NCBI RefSeq assembly: GCF_964204645.1
Contig: NC_134026.1
Location: 10,129,950 to 10,193,949 of the forward strand
DNA: 64,000 nt
DNA from: Tubulanus polymorphus
Lineage: Eukaryota > Animalia > Nemertea
Direction of reading: 5' to 3'
The position numbers were made by a program, and so were the translations under genes. Shown here one piece after another: positions 49,125-60,479 of this stretch. Each line of letters begins with the position of its first letter. Position 1 is the first letter of the stretch. The notes beneath the pieces are model-generated. The model did no database searches. It was not told the origin of the DNA and saw nothing but the letters and a program-made list of their open reading frames with translations.

Positions 49125-51508
49125 AACAAGAGCCCCAAGGGGCACAATGGCCAGCCTGTCAGATTTGCTTTTTATAAATGATGTAATCTGTGGGTTATAT
49201 TTATCAATATACACTCCCTGCTCAATATCATTTACATAGTAAAATCGTGTGTTAACACAGACAGCAGGAACGAATGTAATATAGAAATACGAAGTTATTG
49301 TATTGTTCAACGCCCCCTGGTGGCCATATACAAAAACCAATGAGCTTGAAACTCACCAAGATCATAGACCATGTCATGAGCTACAACTTTCCAATTGATT
49401 GTGGTAGCAAAATATGCATAGGTACGAATGTAATATAGAAATACTAAGTTATTGTATTGTTCAACGCCCCCTGGTGGCCATAAACAAAAACCAATGAGCT
49501 TGAAACTCACCTCGATCATAGAACGTCATGAGCTACAACTTTCCAATTGATTATAGTAGCAAAACATGCTTAAGTATCAATTATGATGTGGAAAAACTTT
49601 TTTCCACCTACGAATGAGTACTGATGACTCCAAGATGGCCGCCAAGTGCGTCATAATTGCCTGGTCAAAAATACCCTCTCGGATATAAAAGATCCCTTTC
49701 CAAAGAATACCCATTACAAATTGCAATGAAACATGGCGCACCATTAGAAAGCTACAGTACTCAGAATTCAGGCCAAAATTGACATTTTTGGGAACAAAAA
49801 AGGTCACAGTACGACCATCTTGAGTCCGATTGACCCAATTTTTCTCATGCCGATGGGCCCACGGGGGAAACAAATATATACGAATTATCAAGGTTATTGA
49901 TAAAAGTGTCTTCAAAATTTCCCTCAAAAACTTCAAAAATGTGTAAAAAGTGCTGATTTTGGCGAACAACAATGGCTGCCAGTCGGCCATCTTGAATCTG
50001 ACAGGGCCATTTTGGCCTGAAGATGTGTCTAGGGTAGATACACGTATAAACCAAATATCAAGACATTACCTTGAAGCCTCTTCAAAACTTTGGAACTCTC
50101 ACGAACTATCTAGATGGTTATCTCTTGACCTCAATAGCTTCAAGACCCATCTCAAAACAACTTTGTTCCATGCAGCATACCATTAACTCTCGGAAAGCGA
50201 ATTGTATTTAACATTTTTTTGGCAGAATAAAATTTGATTGAATTTGCAATATGGGCACATGGCTAATTAGCATATCAAGGTCATACACCCGATTTGGTAA
50301 AACCATTTTTTTCGCGAAACTTGCGCAATTGTCAAGGATGAATTTTCTGTAGAGCAAATAAAAATTCTTCCCAAACACCAAATCAACTAAAGATTTCATA
50401 GAAATCGATCTTGAAATACAATTTTAAATCTTAAAATAAAACCCGGAAGTAAAACAGTAGACGATACCGCGGGTTCACGTGAACACCTGATTTCTGTAAA
50501 CGAAATGTTGGTTGTGACAAAATTGTTCAGACGGTTTTAGGTGGAAACGCAACGACCATGGTCGACTTATTCGACGAAATCAGGCCTATGTGATATCCAA
50601 ATTTTGACTTTTTTATTCTCCAGACCTCCCTGATATAGAAATAAAAAATTTTGGTGGTACGAAAGTGCAATCACAGCGCCGACGGGGACAGAGCCGTGTC
50701 AGAGATCGGCGGAGTGAAAATTGAGGTGGACGAACACGAAGAAGTAGGCTATTGCGCTACTTGAATCACGAAAACTCCTGGCGCGGCCCCGACGCTTTTC
50801 GTGGATTAAGTAATACAAATATCATGCAATGGGTTTTCACAATCTACCGCTGGTATTTACCGGATTTCAATATCACTCCAAAATTCAAAGAAACCTCGAA
50901 ATATCGAACCGGAACACTTCCGGTAGATATCCGCGGCTGCCCAACCGGGAAACTTATTTGTTTCAATATAGATATTGATAGGATCCATCATCTTCACGCG
51001 TCAAGGGATTCGAACCCACTAAGCTAAAGCCATGCCAGAATCGGGTCGGGCCAATCACAGCGCTTGTAACAAACCACATTAGGCTTCTGTGGAATTTCCC
51101 AGTAAATGGGCCAATCAGCGAACACGTAGCGAATGCGGAAGTATTGTCGCGTGTTGATACATGACGTCATGCGCAAAAGCGCCAGTAATGAAATCGCGAT
51201 AATTCACGTGAACAGCTACTGATATTTTCAGATAAACCAATCACAGGGAAGACACAACTTCCTGATTGGCTGATAAAAATTGAAATTTTCCCGATTTAAC
51301 TTTCGTGAAAAATGCAGAAAACATTTTTATGAGACCCTATTTCAAAATTCTGCTCGCTACGATTCCGAGAATGGATTACGCTTAAATACGTGATTTGTTC
51401 GAATATGCCCTCACTTGGCAAGCAAAAGAGCCTTTTGTGTGGAAACCATGTCATTTAAATTCGCTCCATTTGTATAGTAATAGGCTCAGCCTACGGCTGG
51501 CCTAATAA
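49125..51508 (-). mobile_element. non-autonomous Helentron (HINE/DINE-like), copy 2
   Basis: Same termini and body as 46248-48182, plus a ~155-bp internal tandem duplication and a ~310-bp extra segment. Confidence 0.85.
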
Positions 51509-52015
51509 AAATCATACTATCGCGATGTAAATACCGATACTCGGTATTATATGAATTTATATGTATAGTTGCATGAAAATCAATAATAAAACTAGCAAGT
51601 GGTGAAAAAGTTGTTTATTAGCAAACCGCGGTAATTTAGGTCATGTTAAATCGGCACCGCGAATTGCGCATGTTGAATTTATCAATCACTTACCGGTACC
51701 TTAAATGCTTGAAATTAGATTAAAGAATGGCTTCTAACGTCAATCTTGTGATCATCGCATACAATTAACTGAGAGACTAAAGGCTAATTTAAGTGTGTTG
51801 TTTCCATGCTGTGAACCGGCACTATTAAGACAATGCAAAATTTGAAGCACTGAAAGTTTACTAATTTTACTTCCAAGAATACAGTTCACTGTAATTATCC
51901 AATAGAAATCAAGAATTCGATGCAACGTCGCTCTCGATAGCGCAAAATCAAATAAAAAGCCCCGGGGCAGGGGGAAATTTAAACAGTATTCAAACAACTT
52001 CATCAACTATCAATC

Positions 52016-53460
52016 ATGAGCCAGCAACCGCGAAAAAGAATGAAATACGATGCCAGTTTCAAACTTAAAGTCATCGAATCAGCGAGACAATCAAACAACA
52101 GTGTAGCAGCCAGTCATTTCTGCATCAACGAAAAATTGATCCGAGATTGGAGAAAGGCGGAGATGTCCCTTAAAGAAATGCCGCATAATGACCTTCGTTA
52201 CTTAATGACTTAGCGTCAATTCTTATAAGGTTCAGGATTCAGGATAAGGTTCACGCGATCGGAATATCCGCGGACATTGAAAAGGCATTCTTACAAATTC
52301 GTTTAGACGGAAATGATCGTATGTGCAAACCGTGGGCAAAATCAGCATTAATGGCCGAAACTTGAAGCCGCAATTACCGCATGGGTCCATTCCGAAAGAC
52401 AGAGCGGCCACATCGTAACACGAGCACTGATATGGCTGAAATCCCTCCAAGTGGGCCGAGAAGAATAAACAGGATAGCGCCAACTTCAAAGCAACAGCCA
52501 GCTGGTGTGCCCGATTCATGCGGAGAGAAAATCTAGTGCTGCGTCAAAAAACCAAAATCGCCCAAAAGCTACCAAAAGATCTAGACGATAAGATAACGCA
52601 GTTCCAGTCGTTCATCATAAAGCAATGGAAACTGAAAGATTATGACATGGCACAGATCGGCAATATGGATGAAACGCTGATGTTTTTCGATACCGTCGCA
52701 AATCGAACCGTTAACATGAAAGGCGAAAAAACGATTCTTGTTAAGACAACTGGGCACGAAAAACAACATTTCACTGTCGTTCTCGCTTGTCTCGCTGATG
52801 GCACCAAATTACCACCGACGGTGATTTTCAAATGAAAGACTCTGCCAAAGGATAAATTTCCCGCTGGCGTTATCATTCATGTCCAGGAAAAAGGCTGGAT
52901 GGATGACGCTGGATGCGTTAAATGGTTGGATGAAGTGTGGGCCCGTCGGCCAGGTGGATTATTAAAACCGAACTCATTATTAGTTTGGGATATGTTTAAA
53001 TCCCATCTAACGGATAATGTAAAGCGACATTTAAAATCGCTTAAATCTGATATGGCGGTTATTCCGGGCGGTTTGACATCCGTACTGCAACCACTCAACG
53101 TTTCTTTGAATAAGCCATTCAAAGACCAAATGCGGAAAAAATGGAACGAGTGGATGGCTTCAGGGCAGCATTCTTATACACCTGCTGGAAATATGCGCGC
53201 CGCCTTTTTGCCGACAGTGTGTCAGTGGGTAAAGGATGCCTGGGATTTAGTCGACCCAGCAATCGTAGTGAAATCCTTTAAAAAATGTTCAATTGCGAAT
53301 GCGATGGATGGAACGGAAGATGACATGCTTTGGGATGAGGATGACGATATTCCCCTCAGTGATTTGCGTACCGCAGTGAATTATGAATCTGATGAAATCT
53401 ATTCAGATCCGTATGATGATAGCATTCAAACCGATGAATGGGACCTATTGTTTGGTGGCA
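52016..53460 (+). pseudogene. pogo transposase (Brinker-type HTH, CENP-B HTH, DDD), disrupted
   Basis: YDASFKLKVI..IRDWRK, FKATASWCARFMRR, GNMDET, TTGHEK, GWMD, LVWDMFKSH and IPGGLTSVLQPLNVSLNKPFK; one stop at 52833 and an inserted fragment. Confidence 0.92.
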
Positions 53461-54269
53461 GAGCCAAAATTTATATCTTTTGATGTTGCTAGCTTATTCA
53501 CTAATGTTCCTTTAGAACCTACTTTGGACTTTCTTAGGAGAAAGTTACCTACTTTAGATTTTCATTTTGATATACCAGTTGATTGTCTTTTGGACTTAAT
53601 TGAACTTTGTACAAAAAACTTATATTTTCAATTTGGTTCTAACTTTTTTGAACAGATTTTTGGTATGGCTATGGGGAATCCACTTTCCCCTGTTCTTGCT
53701 GGTTTATTTTTGGAACATGTCGAAAGTGAAATTCTTCCTCTTTACACTGAAAGTAGACCCAAAATTTGGCGACGTTACGTTGATGATATTCTTTGTTTAG
53801 TTTCCCCCGATTTTAATTTGAATGGATTCTTACATAATTTGAACTCTTTATATCCTACTTTGAATTTCACTTTTGAGTGGGAAGAAAATAATTGCATCCC
53901 GTTTCTCGATGTACTGATTCATAATTTCAAAACAAATTTGAAATTCTCTGTATATAGAAAACCGACTAACGCTGAAGCTTATCTTCATTTTTTCTCATTT
54001 ACTCCTTTGAACATCAAAATTTGAATAGCCCAAGGATTATTTCTTCGAGCTCTTAAGTATTTGTGACCAAATGTTTTTAGATAAAGAAATCAAACATATA
54101 AGAACTGCTCACAAGAAACTAGCCTATCCAGACAAAATTTTGAACAAAGCTTATTTCAAAGCCCGAATTTCTCACTTTGGACATAACGACCTGACCACAA
54201 AACGCAGAGCTCAAAAGAATATTATAATCCCGTATTTACCTACTTTGGAACGCTTTAAATCCACATTAA

Positions 54270-54547
54270 CCCTTTCAGTGCGTCTACACCGCAGTGCGGT
54301 GTATAAATCAGTGATGGATTTTGCTAGTACACCGCACTGCGGTGTATTGATGTAATTAGTAATTATCTCTATTGAAAAATGGCAAGTGTCAAACATAGTG
54401 AAATACTAGTAACTAACGATACACCGCACTGCGGTGTAGACGCACTATAGTGGAATTCCCATTGTTCAACACACTAGGGTGGAATTTTTTAGAATTTTCA
54501 AATTTTCTCCAGCACTATAGGGTATTAATTAGTCAGCACTGAAAGGG
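54270..54547. mobile_element. piggyBac-type MITE (278 bp)
   Basis: TTAA-CCCTTTCAGTGC ... GCACTGAAAGGG-TTAA; three internal TACACCGCA(G/C)TGCGGTGTA palindromes. Confidence 0.92.
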
Positions 54548-55147
54548 TTAAGCACCATCGACACTAGATTAGTCTTTCAGTATAATAACAAACTCACTAA
54601 TGTTTTAACCAAAAATAAACTGTAATATGATGTACATCGGCGAAACAGGACGTGATCTCAGTCAGCGTATCAAAGAACACAAAATAGATATTCGCAACCA
54701 AAAGCCTGAGAGTGGAATAGCGAATCATGTCTTTACAACCAATCACCAATTTGACTTTCAGAATTCGAAACTTATTTATCCTTGTAAAGATATTCATAAG
54801 AGACACATAGTGGAATCAGCCCTTATATGTAAACTTTCGAAATCCAATTTATCTACTAATTTAAATACTGGTTTTTCTCCACATAACCAATTATTATCCA
54901 GACACATCAACTCTTTATTAGATTTGGGTTGATGTCACTATGTGTCACTCTGTTATCGCCTCCCTCTTCGGTCCACTTCACATAGTTACATAATTTGTTT
55001 TTACTCTGAACTGTTTAGAATTGCTGTGGTTTCCACGGTACCCCTTGATGTTTTATTGCTTGGTCTGTTTATCTTTAGTTTTGACACACTGCTTCTATTC
55101 TAGATCCTGTGAGTTTAAATGCTTTGTTACTTCTTTTTCTGGTCATT

Positions 55148-55189
55148 CCACCTGATGATGGCTGTTAGTCAACAGCCGAAACGTTGTGG
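55148..55189 (+). ncRNA. minimal type I hammerhead ribozyme, copy 1
   Basis: CCAC-CUGAUGA-U-GGCUGUU(AGUC)AACAGCC-GAAA-CGUU-GUGG: conserved core, 7-bp stem II, stem I CCAC/GUGG and a palindromic AACGUU stem III. Confidence 0.88.
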
Positions 55190-55358
55190 TTTCATAATAA
55201 TAAATTTGATCGTATAATTTCAAATTCGAAGTGTGGGATTTCTTCATTTAACCCCTTGATGTTTTATTGCTTGGTCTGTTTATCTTTAGTTTTGACACAC
55301 TGCTTCTATTTTAGATCCTGTGAGTTTATATGCTTTGTTACTTGTTTTTCTGGTCATT

Positions 55359-55400
55359 CCACCTGATGATGGCTGTTAGTCAACAGCCGAAACGTTGTGG
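55359..55400 (+). ncRNA. minimal type I hammerhead ribozyme, copy 2
   Basis: Identical motif in the second pLTR unit. Confidence 0.88.
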
Positions 55401-56773
55401 TTTCGTTATGATAAATTTAATCATATAATTTTAAATTCGAAGTGTGGGATTTCTTCATTTATCTACAGTTTACACGGAGGATAGTGTTTATTCGACAACT
55501 AAGTTTTATTATATTGAATTACCGGTACTTTGTTTGTTGGAGTTACCGGAATATTTATGGGATTCGAACACAATAGGAACGACTATCCATAAATCGCGTG
55601 CTACTCGTCTGATTCATTTGCCGATTAAATTTTCACAAATGTATTTCATTTATTTGAATAAATATTATAAAATTTATACAAAAAATAATTATGAGAAATA
55701 CGGTGACGAAAGGACGATCGCTAATATGGTCCACAAACATGGCGGCCCTTGATTAACAACTCCGCCAGTCCGCATCGTATAAGCAAATACTTCGTCGATG
55801 AACTATTTCTCGTGACCTAAAAATACTACTAGAAAACAGTACTCGGCGTATAGGTCGAGGTCCATAATTCAGTGGTAAAATCAGTGGTTAAAAACTCGAC
55901 TTTTACGGTTTATATCCATGACCCAAATGATCTATCCATACAATGATCCTTGACAACTGTGATAAAAACTGTTCATTTCCCACTTACAACGGTACAGACA
56001 ACCATTATCTCTGACACCATTACCTAAACATGTCTGGAAAGATGAAAGATGTAAATCCAGTTATTTCGGCCAGGATCATGGAGCTTGCTTCTCCGATTCA
56101 TGACCCCAGTAACATCGTAAGTGAGACCACTGATTTACTTAGTTCTGCGGCCTCATTTGCTGGTATCAAACGCAAAGGTTCACCAAGGAACCTCTCTAAC
56201 AAACCTAGAAAGAAGTCGTTAAAGTGGTTTGACTCTGAATGCAACTCCCTAAGGAAAGACCTTAAGAAAATTGGTCACCAACTCCACAAGAGTTGCCCTG
56301 ACATCGAACTACTTTCCGAATTCAGGAAAAAACGGAAAAGCTACAAAAAACTGTAATATAAGAAAAGGGCAAGTTTTAAAACAAATATCCTTCGTCAAAT
56401 GGAAAGCCTTTCAGGTAATAATCCAAAAGGTTACTACTGGACACTTTTTAGTTAACTTAAGGACCTGAGCAAGCCTGCCTCCTCTAATAACTTGTCAGCT
56501 ACCCAATGGGTTGAACACTTTACAACCCTTGTTAATAATTCTATTGTAAATCCCTATGATACCCAAGATTCAACAGAACGATTTATTGAAGAAAACAGAG
56601 ATAAAATATTTTGTGAAATAAATTTTTCCATATCAGAGACTGAAATCTCCGCGGCTTTGGCCAGTTAAAAAGAGGCAAAGCTAGCGGCAACATCCCTTTT
56701 ACCTCTCCTTAGGAAGATGTTTAATTACATCCAATAGGCGTGTTCACACGCAACTATTTAGACCGGTCTAAAG

Positions 56774-59700
56774 CCCTGCAAGGCCCACAGTGACATGGGT
56801 GTTACATAACATTTGGGAGGCTGTGTAAACCTACTCAATGCTTAAAGACAATATTCACTGCCTTTGAGGCCCAATGTGATACATATGTTACACAACTAGT
56901 GACATATGGTGGTAGAATTTTGCAAAAAGTTGCTCTGGCAAGTGAACCAATATGGCAGCGCCCATGGAAAAATACCAACAGTAAAAATTCGAAATTTAGA
57001 TACACCAAACGACACATTACAGGTATGTACACCTCATAATTTGATATTATTTTATTGCATATGGTAACATAGAACATGAACAAGTGAGTTAGTGGCTGAG
57101 CAAAGCTTGAAAAAATTTTCAGAGCAAATGTCTCATCGGTGTCACAACGGGCCTTACTGACAAAAAATCATACTTTGACTTGAAAAAATAAATAGTTAGA
57201 GAATGTCATTTTTATGTTATTCAGGTGATTATGGCAACCAATAAGCCTACAAGTACAGCTTCTAAGGGTACTGGAAGACTCCGAATGATTCCCTTCAGTC
57301 AAGTTCTGCAGGAGATAGACATGAACGACAGTGACATCAACACTGATTCAGAAACTTCGGATGATGAGGATGAATTATACGAACAGCCAGGAGATGATAC
57401 AGATAAACCTGATGATAATGACTCTGAATCAGATATTGAACCAGATAATGATGATTCGGTAAGCTAGAAGTCCACCTTCGCTCTACTAAATGATCTGTGC
57501 ATATTTTCAGCTTACATTGTCATCTCATTGAATGCCGTTCTATTTTCAGGACTCAGACGATGAGGTTTTAGCAACATTTGCTGGTCAACTTTGGAGTCAA
57601 AAGAAGTATGTTCCAGCCGACACAACATTTACGAGTCCAGTGTACACATTATCAGACGATATGACAGAGCCTTTATCTCTGTACCAATAGCTTGCAGAAG
57701 CATGGCACTTCCGTCAATACAACCCGTAAGGAGATCGAGAAAGTTATTGGAATGTACTTTCGAATGGGACTTTCTCAAATGCTAGGAACCAGATCCTACT
57801 GGGAAGAAGGCACAGCATTGTCAGCTTAGTTACGTCACGAAATTGGTTTTGTCTTTTACTGAGAGTCATTCATGTTTTCGATAACATGTTAGCGACTTAT
57901 GAAATAAAAAAAAAGACAAGATCTGGAAAGTCCGGCCGCTAGTCGACCACATTCGAAATAATTGCCTGAAAATAATTCCCGATGAACACAATGCTATTGA
58001 TGAAATGATGGTCCAATTCAAGGGCAAGACGAGTCCAATCCGCCAATATGTTCAAGGGAAGCCCCACCCTTGGGGGTTCAAATATGGGTGCGCTCGGGAG
58101 TGAGTGGACTTGTGTATGATTTTAAGGTTTAAAAGGGTGGCACCGGTGTGCGCACTAATCTTGGTCAAGGACCTGATGTTATAATGATGTTATAATGAAG
58201 TTAACTTCAACTCTGGAAAAGGACAAAAATTATAATTATTTCTCATCGGTACCCTTACTCCCAAAGTTGATTGAAAATGGATTCCAATACACTGGAACCC
58301 TTAGAAAGAATTGTTCAGGAAAACTAAAACTAAAATCTGAAAAGGATTTGAATAAGGAAGGGCGTGGAGCAATAGATTACAGAGTAGACGAGAGACGAAA
58401 TCCGGCAGCTGTTCGATGGAACGATAATAGTGCGGTAACATTGATTTCAACGTACCTTTGTGTTGATCCGAAGGATGAGGCTAAGAGATGGGATAAAGAA
58501 TCTAAGGATTATCGTATGGTTCCGAGACCTACGATTGTTAAAGAATACAATAGTTACATGGGAGGCATCGATTTAATGGATTCGTTTATTGCCAAATATT
58601 GACACAAGCTAAAATCGCGGCGCTGGCCCATGTACCTGTTTTGGCACGTGATAAACATTTCCTTAGTAAACGCCTGGATAATTTACCGAAAGGACTGTGA
58701 GCTCTTGGGCATTAATAAAAAGAAATGGATGCTACAGCGTCACTTTCAGGTATACGTCGCTGAAAGCCTAGTGAATGTCAGAACCAGAAAGCGTGGTAGA
58801 CCATCAGTTACAGATGCTCATGTACCGTATTTCCCGCCAGCACACATGATAAGACGTGTGGCACCTGTACTGGATGTGCGAAAAGACCAAATTGGTCACT
58901 GGCCAATCAAATTGGAAATAAATTGCCAATGGGCAAATTGTGGTTTACCTTGAAAGCTAGAATTTGTTTGGAATAAGGGCATTGCTTGAAAAATCTTTTT
59001 AATTTGTGACTTCAAAGTTCCACAAGTTTATATTGTATTTTATCTTACTTAAAGAATTATTTTGTAGTCAAATAAGACCAAAGATATACATTTGTTTATG
59101 GTCCACGTCCAAAAATTTGTAGGGTACAGGTAGGCACGGCAGGGACACTATTTTATATTTTCAAAAAGATATGTTTCACAATATGAAAAAATATTCAAAT
59201 AAGGCCATCCCAAAATAATTGTCTATTTGCCACAACACCGACTCAACTTTTCAGGATGAGTCGGTAGGTAGGTACAATATCGCAAAAAAAATCATCTACG
59301 TTGTGCACGGGAAATTTGTCTAATAGCGTAGATTTCAAGAATTATTCTAAAATTATAACTTCGTCCAGAGCATCATCTCTGTGTTAAAAATGAAACAGTA
59401 CATCGAATAAATGCGCGCTTTTAGTTACCAGCTTTAATATAGTCACCATTAGAATGAATGGCAGCTTATTGGAACACTGCCAGTTTCCTGGAAAACTTAA
59501 ACTAGGCCACATGTCAAGGCATGTTTTCACACGATGCACACTTGAATTCAAACATACGTAGCTCATAGTCGGCAGTGGGTCGGTCGGCCGTTTTTATCAA
59601 AAATAAAATTTATTTCAATGAATCCCAGAAAAAAGTTTTCACTCGGTACTTTTGACGTCAGGTTACGGCAAACAGACCATTATTTGGGGATGGCCTAAAA

Positions 59701-60230
59701 TTCATATGATGTCACATATCAGAGGGAGGCTGAATATTGAGTCTATATATTTACCTCTTCCAATGTTGGCCACGGAAGCTAAAATACCGGTGCAGAAGAA
59801 ATCAGCTATTACATCGTTTTAAATCCTGGAATTTACCACTACAATATTCAGACCTCGACAGACCTTATAGTTTGCTGCTTAGTATTTTCAGGTCTAGATC
59901 TAGGTCAGGTCTATTTTCAGGTATTTTCAAGAAATTACAATTTATTACAAATTCTATCGAACAGAAAACACAGCGCTCATCTTCTGCTACGATTATTCAG
60001 CCTATTTTCATGTGAAACGTGCATGCGTTACAGCATCACCCTTAGTAGTGTACTGTACAAGCTTGTGTGTGTGTGAGTGTGTGTGTGGTGTAGCACTCCG
60101 CGTGCATGTGGAGGCCGCGTGTAAATGAATATTCGCTTACACCTCAATTTCTATCAAAACAATCACCGGGTATTAAAATGAAACAATACCTATGGTATTT
60201 CTATATGAATTTCTTAATTCATCACAAATT
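56774..60230 (+). mobile_element. second decayed piggyBac element (transposase remnants 57225-58953)
   Basis: AIDEMMVQFKG, GKPHPWG, YTGTLRKN, RWNDNSAV, YNSYMGGIDLMD and NAWIIYR; left end CCCTGCAAGGCCCACAGTGACAT.. resembles a piggyBac end; boundaries are approximate. Confidence 0.85.
59203..59695. mobile_element. PIF/Harbinger-type MITE (493 bp)
   Basis: TIRs GGCCATCCCAAAATAATTGTCTATTTGCC and GGCAAACAGACCATTATTTGGGGATGGCC; 3-bp TSD TAA on both sides; the homologous empty site is visible at ~2318. Confidence 0.88.
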
Positions 60231-60479
60231 GGTATGGTTCAGCAGACAACACAACTTTTTAACAATGCAGTATTTTTCATATATGACAACGTTTGAAGGA
60301 TATTACAGGAAATAAAACTATTTTCAGAAAATTCAATTGACAAAAAATTCCACAATACTTAAGAAAATAGTCTGGCCTATATTGTAATAGTCATCTTCAG
60401 GTTGTTTTAACATAATTAAATGAAATAATTGCACAATAATAAAATACTATTTAAGAACTATACCTAACTTTCAGTTTTT

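Larger units (their letters stand above)
53460..55462 (+). mobile_element. Penelope-like retroelement, 5'-truncated (RT, GIY-YIG, tandem pLTR)
   Basis: SFDVASLFTNVP, GMAMGNPLSP, RYVDD, PFLDV and VYRKPT; GIY-YIG motifs YIGETGR.L.QRIKEH and IVESALI..LN; 211-bp tandem repeat at the 3' end. Confidence 0.93.
55041..55462 (+). repeat. Penelope pLTR tandem repeat (2 x ~211 bp)
   Basis: CCCCTTGATGTTTTATTGCTTGG..GGGATTTCTTCATTTA repeated at a 211-bp offset. Confidence 0.92.
48866..55908 (+). mobile_element. pogo (POGK-like) DNA transposon with nested insertions
   Basis: Left end TA-CCGTAAAAACCGGCGTATAAGTC; partly deleted right end CTCGACTTTTACGG; TATAAGTCGAGGT subterminal motifs near both ends; LINE ORF2 resumes on both sides. 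Confidence 0.8.
46198..56690 (+). pseudogene. CR1-group LINE ORF2 in three pieces (46198-46247, 48183-48865, 55909-56690)
   Basis: ISCWNIDGL, then FDILGLVETH..GGIAV..GDFNA..LNGR..FTCY..SVIDY, then KWFDSEC..KRGKASG. The AP-endonuclease reading is collinear across the inserted elements. Confidence 0.85.

Noticed and set aside
53383-53483. Apparent pogo-Penelope fusion ORF
   Set aside because: A chance read-through at the junction of a 5'-truncated Penelope inserted at the end of the pogo ORF.
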